Source of the DNA: Dudresnaya verticillata
Lineage: Eukaryota
Direction: 5' to 3'
NCBI GenBank assembly: GCA_977862235.1
Contig: OZ374557.1
Location: forward strand, 992,001 to 1,056,000
Length of the DNA stretch: 64,000 bases
Below the pieces are notes generated by a model. It worked only from the letters and a program-made list of their open reading frames with translations, had not been told where the DNA came from and searched no databases. Shown piece by piece: positions 47,501 to 59,519 of this stretch. The translations under genes were made by a program, and so were the position numbers. Numbering within the stretch: the stretch's first letter is position 1; each line of letters starts with the position of its first letter.

Positions 47501-49330
47501 CCTTGCTGAACTCAATTCTTCAGCCTCTCTCTTCCCCGGCTAATCCCCCTTCCCTGACATACTTCTTACAGAGACTTTAAACCCTTCGAACACCCGCCGC
47601 AACTGGCCCCAACTCTTCCAGGCCAAACGCAAGGAAATCAAAGGCCTCATCGATCGTGGTACTTGGAAACCCGTCCTCCGCCGCGAACTTCCCGACGACG
47701 CCAACATCCTCTCTGGTCGCTTCGTCCTCGTTATCAAGAACACTGAAACCGATGAACCCGTCTTCAAAGCCCGCTTCGTCGTCCAAGGACACAAGGATAA
47801 GGACAAAAACATTCTCGTCCACAACTCTACGAACCTTCGCCAAAGCTCTACACGCATTTTTCCTCAATGGCTGCTCTTCATATCTTCCGCGTCTGGAGCC
47901 ACGACGTCAGTCAGGCTTACCTAAAGTCTTCCGAGGCTCTTTTGCGAAAGGTATACCTCAAACCCCCGAAAGAACTCAACCTCTCCTCCGACGAAGTCCT
48001 CGAACTCCTCAAGCCCTTGTACGGTCTCCCTGATGCCGGCGACTATTGTAATCGCACCATGGCTGCCCACCTTCGTTGCGATCTCGGAATGTCGCCCTCC
48101 TTCGGTGATCCCGGCCTCTACTTTAAACGGGACAAAACCGGTCTACTTGGTCTCATCGGCGTCTACGTCGATGACTCCCTGCTGTGTGGAAATGACACCT
48201 TTCTACGCCTCTCGGACCGTTTCCTTGAGACTTTCGATTCTCGCGACCGTGAACGTGACTCCACAACCTTCGTTGGCGTCCATATTTCTTCCACGCCTGG
48301 CTACGTCTGTCTTGACCAATCCGCCTATATATCTAAACTGTCTCCCTTGGATCCCGACGCATCGTTTCAGGCCTATCGCTCCCTCCGCGCCAAAGTAGCT
48401 TGGGCCACACACACACGACCGGACATTTGTTACTCCGTGGCTATGGCTGCTCGAGTCAGGGAACAAAACTTCACCCCCGAGGATATCAATTCTCTCAACA
48501 AGGTAGTAACGCACTTACGCCAACTACCCCATTTACCTCTGCGATACACCCCACTATATATCAACTCCCTTCAACTCAAGGTTTATGCTGATGCCACTTT
48601 TTCCAACAACCCGGACTTAAGCTCTCAGCTTGGCTATTTCGTTCTCCTTACGGATCGCTCCGACCGTTGCCATCTTCTTCACTTTTCCAGCAAGAAGAGC
48701 CACCGGGTCGTCCGCTCTGTTCTCGGTGCTGAATTCTATGCTTTCGCTGACGCTTTCGACTACGCCTTCACACTTCGTAAGGACCTGGAACGCATTCACA
48801 ACCGACGCATCCCTTTGACAATGCTCACGGACTCCAAGTCTCTCTTTGACATTATCAAGAAATGCACTGTTACTGCCGAAAAGCGTTTAATGATTGACAT
48901 TACCACCGTCCGCGATGCTTACGACAACGAAGAAATCTCGAAACGTGGGCTTCGTGCGCACTAACCAGAATCCAGCCAATGCCTTCACAAAAATCACCAA
49001 GTGCGCCGCCCTGTCGTCCATCCTATCCTCTTCCACCTGCTCGCTTCCCGTCGAACAGTGGGTTGTTCGCCTTACCCGCTCTTCCGACCCGTATCGCATC
49101 AAAAAAGTGGGGAGTGTAGAAATACAGTGATAGTGACGACTCGACGGCTATGCCACGTAATGCTGACTCTCCTCCTTCAAGGAGAATCAAGGCTACCGCG
49201 TGAGTCTTAGTAATTCTTTAGCTGCTCTCTCTCCGGTTCCGACTAGCGGAACCGGACTAGCAAAGCGTACTTAAGATGCTCTCGTCTGCCGGCTAGCGGC
49301 AGACAGATACACACACAGACCAACACGCTC
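44580..49330 (+). mobile_element. Element G: Ty1/Copia, GalEa-like (gag, PR, IN, RT, RNase H, PPT, 3' LTR from 49115); 5' LTR absent
   Basis: Order PR (CLDIGASRSVIG), IN (HYHFFH..CRTC, SLDL, IRAD), RT (KARFVVQG, YGLPDA, YVDD), RH (YADA, KRLMIDI, NPANAFTK). AAAAAAGTGGGGAG|TGTAGA. Clade call is from recalled motif style only. Confidence 0.85.
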
Positions 49331-49706
49331 ACCTCACCTCAGTAAAGGTCCTTCTACCCTACGACTTTTTGCCGTCCGCACTGCGCGCATCCCCGCCCCC
49401 GAGGCACCCCGTAGCGAAACCCGACCAAGTCGCCGCTACCGCCCACCACCGCCTACGCGCTTACAGTTCGCGTGTTCCGACAATCCGTATTTTACGGACA
49501 CCGACTGTCCTCAACATTTTCCAAGTCAAGCTACAAGAACCAAGTTGAAGAAGTACCCTACAAGATCCTGTTTACGTCACTGCTCTATTTTCCAGCCTTG
49601 TTCACCCGGCGTCTACTCCCAGTTGGAGCGTGACCCCGCGTGACAAGCCTCGCATATAATTTACTAACAAAACATTGTACCGTCCATCCGTACCACCGCT
49701 TTACAG

Positions 49707-50494
49707 TGAATGACCGCACACCCATCCACTCGTCGACGCCAAGCTTCGACGAATTCTGCGGCAGCAAACCCGCGCCGCTGCGCGAAGAAGCGGCGTCGAA
49801 GAAACCAATTCCCGGCGTCAGGAACCGAACGGGCAAACGGTCACTACAAACAATCCCAGAAGCAGTTTCGCGCCGCCTTCTACGTATCGCTGAAGCAAGA
49901 GCCGGCCGGCCAAGGGGTGCTACAAAAATACTCAAGAAACCCCATAAAGCCGCTCGCAAAGGTCACGCACCGGCGCGTAAACTGGCTTCAAGCTCCGCGG
50001 CCCCCTTTGTGCTCCCTGATAGCACAGAGACGCGGCGCCTGCGATCTTCACGCGCACCGACGCCTCCAACACCCGAGTACCGCACCGAGTTGCCGCGGAT
50101 TCCGAGGCGCCCACTTGAACGCCGCCAGGTCACGCGTGCAACTACGGCTTCTACGGACAAGGCCCCTGCTCCGGCAGCCCGCGCCACGACGCAATCTCGC
50201 CGTGCGCCCCGTGAGCGCGGTCTGCGTGACAATCGCACCGCCGTGGTGACACCGCGCGCAAAATATAATTACACGCAGTGCTCTTTTAGCACGCATGACG
50301 TGATTCTATACAACGTTCATATAACCTCGACGCGTCATTTTGGCAACGTGCTACGTGCCAAAACCCTCTTCGAATGCCAAATTTGCGACAGCTTTTTGCC
50401 GGACTCGCGCAATTTTCAGCGTCACGCAGCCGGTTTAAAGCATTCCAAAAAAGCTCTCCGCGCACCGTGCTCTCTTCTAGAAATACACCTTTAA
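49707..50494 (+). CDS. Basic low-complexity protein with two JAZ/matrin-type zinc fingers (exon 2; first finger has a C>Y change)
   Basis: YTQC-x12-HITSTRH and CQIC-x12-HAAGLKH. No in-frame ATG. Preceded by ACTAAC (49663) and TTTACAG (ending 49706). Confidence 0.6.
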
Positions 50495-50877
50495 AACAAA
50501 ATCAACACAGCAAAAAGAGCAGAAAATAAATGAAAAACGGGAAACCCCCCAAAAGAAAACAAAACCCAAAAAATGACCCCCCAACACCCGTTCGAAGAGT
50601 CAGTCATCCGGACCAAATGGTCCCGGGAATTCTGGACCTACTGGGGCTTCAAGCTCAACCAACCACGCCGGCGGTTACCGTCCAATATCCCCCGGGCCCC
50701 ATCGGGACACCGAAAGCCCACCCTGCCTCCCCCCACAACGACACCCCTCATAGTGGCCCGCCAAGACCCCAAGCACACGGTAACCCCAGTGCCCCACACA
50801 CCACCGGTGCACCTCAAACCTACATGCACACCTACATACCGGGCTCCTCTCACCCCTCCCCAGGCCCCTCGGCCCGA

Positions 50878-51640
50878 GTGGTGGAGGTGACGATGATGCA
50901 TCAAGTCCAGTCTTATGCTCATCATTCATTGATAAAATTATCCAGTGACAAACCGTCATGGGAAACCGAAGTGCATACAACACATTCAGTTTAGTACTCG
51001 TAGTCCTCATCCGAAGTTATCTTGTCTTGCCCATACTCGGAAACGCTTGGGGCACCTGGGAACTTGGACTCAATAAATTTCAGATAGCGTGATTCAACTC
51101 CACGCGTTATACCTTCATCATCAGTGATTAGTACTCTGCAGATCCCATGCTCAAGTGTTTCTAAGTACACATCTTGCACGTGTCTCGAACTTGGATCCGC
51201 GAGGGAGCCGTAGTACGTATGCAGCACATCCAAAGACCCATAAGTGCTTCAGATCAGGTATTTAACCGGTCACGAGCGAGTATAGCATCGTACGAACAGA
51301 TGAATGCGGTACCAGATTGCGCACATAATTGACATTATTCAGTGCAAACGGCCACAAACATCCTGACAAATCAGCTTAGGTAAGCAAAGTAAGTGCGGCC
51401 TCCACCATTGTTCGGTTCACTCGTTCTTCAATTCCGTTGGGCTCTGGAGTGTACAGCGGGGAGAAATATTTTCCAGCATCACCAACTCCTCACAAATCAT
51501 TCCGGAGAGCCAAGTACTCCTTGGCTCCATCTGAATGGATCTTAACACTGCTGTCGAGATCTTCAAAATCTGTTTCGCGAAACAGACTGAACCAAAGTTG
51601 CCCTAATTGCGGATTTCTTTCATGTCATAAAACGACAGGC
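50878..51640 (-). mobile_element. Copia integrase remnant
   Basis: KIHSDGAKEY and YTPEPNGIEERVNRTMVEAA on the minus strand. 50878-50990 is an inverted copy of ~52120-52225. Confidence 0.7.
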
Positions 51641-52099
51641 ACGAGGTGAAGACCATGGTGTGATCGGTTTTCGAGTAGCCAGCGTAGTTACGGAGTTATG
51701 TGGCTCTCAACATAGCCCCTATTTGCCTCGAAACGTACACGAAAATATGCAACTTTCCCGAATATATAAATAAAACGTTCTACTTTTCCGCAAAATACAC
51801 TGCTTTTCCAAACTTTTACCTCATTGCTGCGCAGTCTTCAGTGTGCAACGTGGCGGTTATGAAGGGGAGATTGCTCCCACGACAGGCTCACCGTCTCGCG
51901 GGACCAGACTCTCAAGCTCGCCGAGCCGCCAAAGTCACCCAACACTGCAGACCTCTGGAACGGACACTCAACCCTGTTGTGCGCCAGCAGCCCGCGCTCT
52001 GCCACCTCGCACATCACCAGCGCCGCCTGCTCCGTAAGAACCACCGGTACTGCCGTCTGCACGCGACGCTGCCGTTTCATCGCGCAGTTCACCGGGTGC

Positions 52100-52960
52100 G
52101 GACTAGGATTCCGAAACATAAGGTTCTGTATGCACTCCGGTTTCCGATGATGTTTTGTCACTGGATAATTTTATCAATGATGAGCATAAGACTGGACTTG
52201 ATGCACCATCGTCACCTCCACCACCTGCATCAGAATTGCGTTCCTCTGAATCTGATGGTACGGATGACGAGGCCGATGACTTCGACAAATCACCCAGTTA
52301 AGACAGATCCAGTACAGGAAACGCAACAAGAGAGTCGATATCCTCGCCGCCAGTGTCGCCAAACTTCCAAATGGTGTCCGGCAGGCTCGGCTAAATCTGA
52401 AACCTTAGTCACTATCACGAAAAGAGATGAGCCTACTCTCTGAGAGGCTATGGCCACAACTCGGGAGCAGCGTGAATTATGGTAGTCTGCAGTTGACGAC
52501 GCGTTTGCCTCATTAGACTCGAAATTGACATCGGTGCGGGACAACAGTCCCGGTGTACAGCTGCTTCCAACCCATATTGTGTTAAAGGTCAAGGGAAAGT
52601 CAGACGGTACGGTCGGCAGATTTAAAGCCCACGCTGTTGCCGGGGGAACCTTCCAGACGTATGGTGAGGACTATGAGGAAACCTATGCCCCAGCAGCGTC
52701 GTTTTCTCTGGTACGAATTTTCCAGTATTTGGTACTATGTCTGAACATGTTTGTGGCACAATTTGATCTGCAACGGCCTTTCTGAATGATGATCTGGCAG
52801 AAAGCGTGTGGGTTGTGTTACTGAAGACGAGGGATTACCTCGTGTGGTTGAGTCGCGCCATGTCACATTCGACGAGTCCAAGTTCCCATTTGCCCCAAGC
52901 CTGTTGGAATATGGGCAGGACGAAACAGATTCAGATGAGGACTACGAGTCTGACTCAGAG
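52100..52960 (+). mobile_element. Copia RT N-terminal remnant (same family as 59520-61338)
   Basis: LPTHIVLKVKGKSDGTVGRFKAHAVAGGTFQTYGEDYEETYAP. Confidence 0.75.
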
Positions 52961-52969
52961 GTGTGAAGG

Positions 52970-53104
52970 TATATGGAGAGGTTGAAGAAGATGTGAGTTT
53001 TGAGAAATTGAAGTCGCTTGACTTCGTTTATGATAAGGAATATGGAGAGGTTGAAGTTGAACAAGATGAGGGTTTTGAGAAATGGAAGTCGCTTGACTTC
53101 GTTT
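52970..53104 (+). repeat. Tandem duplication of ~65-70 bp
   Basis: TATGGAGAGGTTGAAG...GAAGTCGCTTGACTTCGTTT occurs twice. Confidence 0.75.
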
Positions 53105-53134
53105 CCTGCAGTCGAACATCTGACACCGCTTATA

Positions 53135-53440
53135 TTATCTTCTCGGATGAGTCGCTGCGTGAACACAAACAAAAAATTCATAAAAGGAACGCCCAAACTC
53201 CCTATCCTCAAATGAGCCGGAAAAAGTAAGACAATCACATCTATCAAATTATACCCCCAACACACTCACATCCGCCACTAAAATGAGCGGGAACTTGCAA
53301 ACCAGTCTTGCTAACTGCTGACATCGCCAAGCCCTCTTGCGACCGCATTTCACGACGTCCAGCACTACCCCAACTTTGCATCGGAACTTCAAAGTCTTGG
53401 GTGTTCCCACATGCCTGCTGTCGGACAGCACTGCAATTAT
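53135..53440. repeat. Dispersed ~300-bp repeat; inverted copy at ~61910-62220
   Basis: CACTCACATCCGCCAC.AAAATGA.CGGGAACTTG and flanks match the reverse complement of 62050-62100 and surroundings. Probably TE-derived non-coding sequence. Confidence 0.7.
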
Positions 53441-53789
53441 TGTGGACAGGTTGGAAGTTGAAGAGGGTAAACGTTTGAGAAATGAAACTCGCTTCACTCA
53501 TTGTACTAGGCTACAATGTTTCAGCATGGTCATATACCACTAATATATCTCAGTCACAACATTAGAGTATCGATATATCGCGCACAGTTCTTACAGCAAC
53601 ATTTTCGAGTGCTGTACTACAAGGCGTAGTCAATATCACACTTGTGCTACAATACTGTATCGCTCCATTCTCACTGTAGCACACTGTATTGTTACACACT
53701 GCGCCCGTTTTGGTGCACGAAGCATACCAGCAACAGCACTGTAGTATCTCATTGTAACACCGTATATCTGGGTAAGGTATGTGCAGATC

Positions 53790-54095
53790 CCCGTAACCCA
53801 AAACTTGACAACAACACTGAACGCTCTTGCTGTAGCACCGCAGTCTTCAGTACGGTGTGTAAAATTTGATACAGAACAGCGATCGACAGCAGCACTGCAC
53901 TCCCGCACTGTAGCACGGCAGTACGCCGTACAGTGTGTGTAGTTTCATACAGAGCTGTGCTCCACAACATTACTGCACTCCCTGACTGTAGCACTGCAGT
54001 ACGCGGTACAGTGTGTCCTTTTTGATACAGAAAAGTGCACTACAACAGCATCGCACTCCCTCAATGTAGCATTGCAGACTTCTGTACAGTGCGGG
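53790..54095 (+). repeat. Degenerate ~77-bp minisatellite, about four units
   Basis: ATACAGA..GCACTCCC..TGTAGCA..GCAG..GTACAGTG recurring near 53868, 53946 and 54022. Confidence 0.65.
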
Positions 54096-54165
54096 AAATT
54101 TTGCGCACAGCTAGTCTCAACAACAGCAGGGTACCGAGGTATGGAGTTATACATTGATTTATACG

Positions 54166-57100
54166 TCAACAGATAGCACTTCCTGTCATCGTGAACACAA
54201 AGGCCTCCGTGGGCTTCCGTGATTCAGCGCATCCTGCCAAATCTGAATCATAGAAGCCAGTGATGGCCGTTCCTGCGGACGATCCATACTGGATGCCCAG
54301 GTTTGGCGTGCCTTTAACGTAGTGGTGGACACGCCTGAAAGCCTTCCACCGACACTTGAGGGGCTTTTCACAGTACTGGGAGAGCCTATTGACGGCGAAT
54401 CCGAGATCCGGGCGAGTGCAGATCATGAGGTACATGAGCCTGCCGAGGGCCGAACGGTAGGGGATAGTATCGGGACGCGGTTCATTTTCATCGGAGGGCG
54501 ATGTGGAGCCCGTTATTTACATGGGAGTGTTTATGGGCGTCCGACATCTGCAACATAGGCTTCCTGGGAAAGCAGTAGAGTTTTCAATTTGCGATTACGC
54601 GTAACTTGAATCCCAATAAATTATTGCACTACATCAAGGTCCTTCATTCGTATTGCCTCATGAGCTCTCTTTTCAAGCGCTTGAAGACCTTCGAGTTGTT
54701 TCGAGCAATGCGTAGGTCATCCGAGTAAAGTGTGATGAGCAGGAGAACGTTACCTTCACGGAGGACATACAAACAGGGCTCATATCCACTGCTCACAAAC
54801 TTAATCACGCAGATAAGCAACCTGTGGAGTTTTGCGTAACACTGTCCCGGTTCTTGTTTCAATCCATACCAAGGTTTTAGTAAGCGGCAAACGGGAATGG
54901 GGCGAATCATATCGCAAAAGCCAGCGGGCACCTCCATGAAAATTTCTTCATCTAAGTATCCGTTTAGGAATGCCGTTACGATATATATCTGATCGCAATC
55001 GAGGCCTAGGACATTTAAGAGGCACAAGAAGAGGCGAACAATAGCTAGAGATACAACAGCTGCATAAGTCTTGTGATATTCGAACCCGGGGAGCCATTGG
55101 ATTCCCTTGGCGACGATTCGCACTTTGGGGCCCACGTCCTTTTTGACGCGAAAAACATAGCGGCATGGGATAACGTGCATTCCTGGCTTGCGCTCAACCA
55201 GGTCAAAGGTGTTGTTGGCACGGATATAGTCCTCCTCCTTCCTGCTTCCGGGTCCTCAGACGTCCTTGTGGTCAGGTGGCATTGCTTGCGCATACCAGGT
55301 AGGGTTCTATATATCCATGAGGGAGAGCTCGGGTCTGCTTCAGCAGTAGCGAGGAGGACAGGTTTGCTATCCACCATTTTATGGGTTTGTTGGTGATCTG
55401 GAGGAGCGTCGAGGAGACGGAGGAACATTATTGGTGACATTTCTATCATCTTCTTCGACGTCATCGGATATTTTAACATGGCCGGGGACGAGTACGGTGG
55501 GGACCGAGTCATCCGAGATGGAGATGGGGGCATCAGAGTTGCCTCCAGAGGGTTTGGACACCGGAGCGGAAGGAGCCAAAATAGATCCCATGGGGTCAGA
55601 GGTGGGTTCTACAGTTAGGCGAATGGTGTTTGAGGTTGAGTCGGAAACTCCGATGGGTCTTCCGGCACAGTGTCGTCGTTCGCAGAAGACTCGGCTGTGC
55701 CTTATGATACAACATGGATCCCCAACTCGTTGCAACAAACGTCCCTTGAAACAACAAACTTGTTTACATCCGTATCCAATAACCTGTAACCTTTACTTTG
55801 TGACGAATATCCCATCATCCGTGCAGGTCGAGAACGAGCGTGCAGCTTTTTGGAACCACTTTTGCGAACCATAAACCAACATTTGGCACCGCACGCATAC
55901 GTTTGAGACGTCGGGAGCCTATCCATACCATGAATGGTGTGGCGTGACGTTGGGGACAGTGCGTAGATGGTAACACGGTTACACACATACACAGCAGTGG
56001 CCAAAACGTCAGCCCAGAAGTGTTTGGGAATCGATTTGTGGTGCAGCATGGATCGCACTAAGTCGAGGACGGTACAATTCATGCGCCCTGCAACCCCATT
56101 CTGCTGGGGATTATTTCAGACCGTGAGTTGATGCTGGATTCGGTGGTCTACAAAAACAGTCTTAAAGTCGCCAGAGAGGTATGATCCACCATTATCGGAC
56201 CATAGGGGCTTGAGGCGTAGGGCTGATCAGTGTCGTCAAAACATGGCATCATGAAACTCGTGGACATGAATTTCCTGCACAACGCGATTTGTATGGTTCT
56301 CGGCCATGCCTTGAACCTTCTTAAAGCATTCTAGCTCCGCGGGTTTCCGCCCCATCGTACATTAGACAGTCCCTTTAGAGAAACCATCGATGAAGGACAA
56401 AACATATCTTGCGCCCCCTAACGACCGAACTTCAACAGGACCAAGTATTTCGGAATTTAGAGTTGTAGAAGCCGCGTAGAGCGGTTCCCGCGTACTTTCG
56501 GAACATTGGCACGCTGCCACTTACCCAGGACACACCCAATGCATTTGCAAACCCAATGCATTCGCCAGAATGTTGCTCGTTGGCAACGTTTATACCCTTC
56601 ACCACCCCGCGAGTGACCATTGCGCGGATGCCGGATATGCTCACATGTGCGAGGCGCTGATGCCAAAGGTTAAGGGAAGCAGTTAAGGGAAGCAACCAAG
56701 GCAGTTTTGGGGTAACGTACGTTTCGTGTTTTGGGATTCCAGGTCAACATCAAGGGTGTAGAGTCCTTTGGTGAGTATTCCGAAATCAGCAGTGGACAAT
56801 GGGGAATGACGACGGAGTGCAGCACCGGAGTCGGTTTTGACCGTTTCTATTCCTAGATTGGCCATAGCGGAAACGGAAATCAGGTGGTAAGGCAGATAAG
56901 GAACGTGTAATACGTTGCGAATGATGCAATTGGCCGAATTGCCGTTGACGCACAGCTTCAGCATGACATCACCTCGCCCAACAATGCGAGTGTTGTTGTT
57001 TGCACCAAGTGCCAAAGTGGAAGTGGCAGTAAGTTGGTGGTAGGTCACGAAGCTGAAGCGGTCAAAGTGAAATGCGAAAGGCAACCAGAGTCAATAATGC

Positions 57101-59374
57101 ATTGTCCGGAGGTGTTCAGAGAGACACCGGGGGAGTGCAAGGCGATACTGTTCAGAACAGGGGACTTCCAAAGGCAAAAATACTCATGGACCATACCATC
57201 CAGGGGCAGGAGAGTTGTTGGAAATGAACGCTTTGTTCTTGTTACCGTCGTTGCCCAGGTGTACACGAGCCGGGTGACCAACGGGAGCCAGATGGGGGTA
57301 TTTATTGTAGCAACGGGAGCTGTCCTGATGGTTTCCGCAGTGTACGCAGGTCTCCGCAGAGGGACTCTTGCGCGAGTTGGAACTATTGGTGGCCATTAGG
57401 ACTGCAGTATGAGAAGTATTGAGAGCCTCCTTATCCCAATCAGCTTGCCTCTGTTATTCCTGCAAGCACCGACTCTGCACAAACTCGAATGTGAAGAGTT
57501 TGTCATCGATATGCGCGGCATGCAAAACCGAAATAAGGCTCTCAAACCCATCCGGAAGGCCATTCAGTAGTGCCATGGCCATTTCGGGGTCCTCAATACT
57601 GACCGACATGGGCTTAAGAGCGGCGCAGAGTTGGCGAATGAGAGCGGCAAAGCGCAGAAACTTTTCATTTTCATGCATTCTTGCTGTGTAAAAACGGTGT
57701 CTTGCAGCGAGCTTGTTGAGGAGGAAATGTTTCTCGTAAATGTCACAGATGAGAGACCACATCTCCTTGGCGGAATATGCATGCTGCACTTGCTCCAGCT
57801 GCGCGTCAGAAATAGTTCATCCGACTAGGCGTTTGCTTTGCGGTCGCTCTTGCACCATTCTTCATATTCTTTCGAGGAATTTTCAGGATGGTCATCCGAA
57901 ATGTAGCCGTTAATCTCCTTCAGGGACAGAACAAGCTGCATGCGGGTCTTCCAAGTGTGGAAGATGTTGTCCCGCAGCTAGTTGATCTTGATGTCAGAGG
58001 TGGTTTCCATGGTCCAGGAGAGCTAAGGAAGTTTACATGTTGTGCTTAATGAGGTTCTTATCGCGATCGTGGCGAGTAGGGAACACGCGCTGATAGTGAC
58101 CACAAGTTGTACTTGCGGACAGTCGTTCTACCTGGTTCCTAAAGTTCTTACTGTTCCGGTAGCGAATGGGCTGCTTGAAACCGGACACCTCGATACCGCA
58201 CAAGTCGCAAATTGGTCGCTTTGCGTTTGGTCGGGCTGAACTTGTGAAGACAAGCGACAAAAATACGGATACTGCTGTGGGCGTTGGTGGAGGTGAACGA
58301 GGAGGCTTTCGAACCTACTTGATGACGGGCCTGACAGGGGAAGATGATGGAGTAGTGGTAGTTGAGCGCACGTTACCACCCTCATAGTGAGACTAAATGG
58401 CAGAATCGTAGACGGGCGAGTGCTTCGGGCGTGGGCGAGGGCAGACAGCAAGGGGTATGCGAACAGCCCGGGGGACGCGGATGATGCGGGATACACGAGG
58501 TTGGCGGGAAGGGTCGTTGTTGAAGTTGAGTTAACGAACGATGGGTCGCGGCGCGATATGCGAATACCGCGGTAGCGGATAGATCGACAGATGGGCACTG
58601 GAGGGGGGTTAGGCTCAGGGAAAGAGGAAAGAGTGAAGAAAAGAGGATTGTAAGTCGCAAGAAAAGTACTGCCGAATAGCGAAGCGGGCCAAGAAACAAC
58701 CGAAGTATGTGAAGCAGAGACGGAAGGGCGATTCAACACCGGCAACACGCACCGCGGGACAAACCGAAGTATGTAACGCAGAGACGAGCCATCGGCGAGT
58801 AGATAGGAGCGTTACTGGGCCCATAACCTATTGGAGAGGTAGTGGGAGCCATCAGGGGAGGAGAGAAGTGGATAGCTGAGAGGAGAGGGTGACGAATGGA
58901 GTTGTCTGAGTCTACTGGAAGCGTGAGGAGAGAAGCTGTTTAAGTAGATCATGGGTCCCAGAGTTGGAGGATGCGCAAGATGTGCTTGACGTCGGCGATA
59001 ATGTGCACACCTAAGTGACGACGGCGACGGTGGACAAATCTAGGTCACGACGGCGACGGTGCATAAGCCTCACCTAAGTGACGACGGCGGTGGTGCATAA
59101 ACCTAAGTGATGACAGCGACGGTGCACAACCCTAGCCTAAGTGACGCCGTTGACGATGCGTAAACCTAAGTTACGACGGCGCCGGTGCGTCAGTGATCTG
59201 AGCTGAATCAGGATCTGATCTCGTTGCGCACCGTGCAACTTCGTAAGCGACACACAGCGGTCCAAGCATGACTGAGGTGTGGAGGAGGCCAGTGGGGACA
59301 CACCAAATGCCCACTCACACTAATGCAGCAAAATGATAGAGTGCTAGGTTGGACAGATATCGCTTAATCTACCA
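54166..59374 (-). mobile_element. Decayed Ty1/Copia: LTR 58829-59374, PBS 58815-58828, gag, PR, IN, RT, truncated RNase H
   Basis: PBS GGTTATGGGCCCAG is the copia-type site for the iMet half-tRNA. Gag ALLNGLPDGFE; IIDSGC; LWHQRLAH; QQNGVA; TAFLNG, YGLKQ; MYLMICTRPDL. Confidence 0.88.
59009..59191 (+). repeat. Six tandem units CCTAAGTGACGACGGCGACGGTGCA, alternating ~29 and ~35 bp
   Basis: Direct reading; lies within the putative Copia LTR. Confidence 0.8.
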
Positions 59375-59510
59375 CTCCCCTCGAACTAGGACTCAAAGAA
59401 GTATCTAGAAGATAGCCTAACATAGACCCATGAGAGCGCGGAACTTCTCAAACAGAATGCGCAGAAGGGGTTTGGTCAGGATGTCGGCAACTTGGTCTGA
59501 TGTTGAACAA
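59375..59510 (-). mobile_element. Copia RNase H C-terminus and PPT
   Basis: STSDQVADILTKPLLRILFEKFRALMG, then GAGGGGAG|TGGTAG. Confidence 0.75.
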
Positions 59511-59519
59511 TACGAGCGA

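Noticed and set aside
49232..49260. Hairpin followed by CTAG as a Helitron 3' end
   Set aside because: CTAG abuts the stem and is followed by C not T; it lies inside a Copia LTR and no Rep/Hel coding is present.
59009..59191. Short repeats as a CRISPR array
   Set aside because: Units are contiguous and degenerate with no unique spacers; eukaryotic LTR context and no cas genes.
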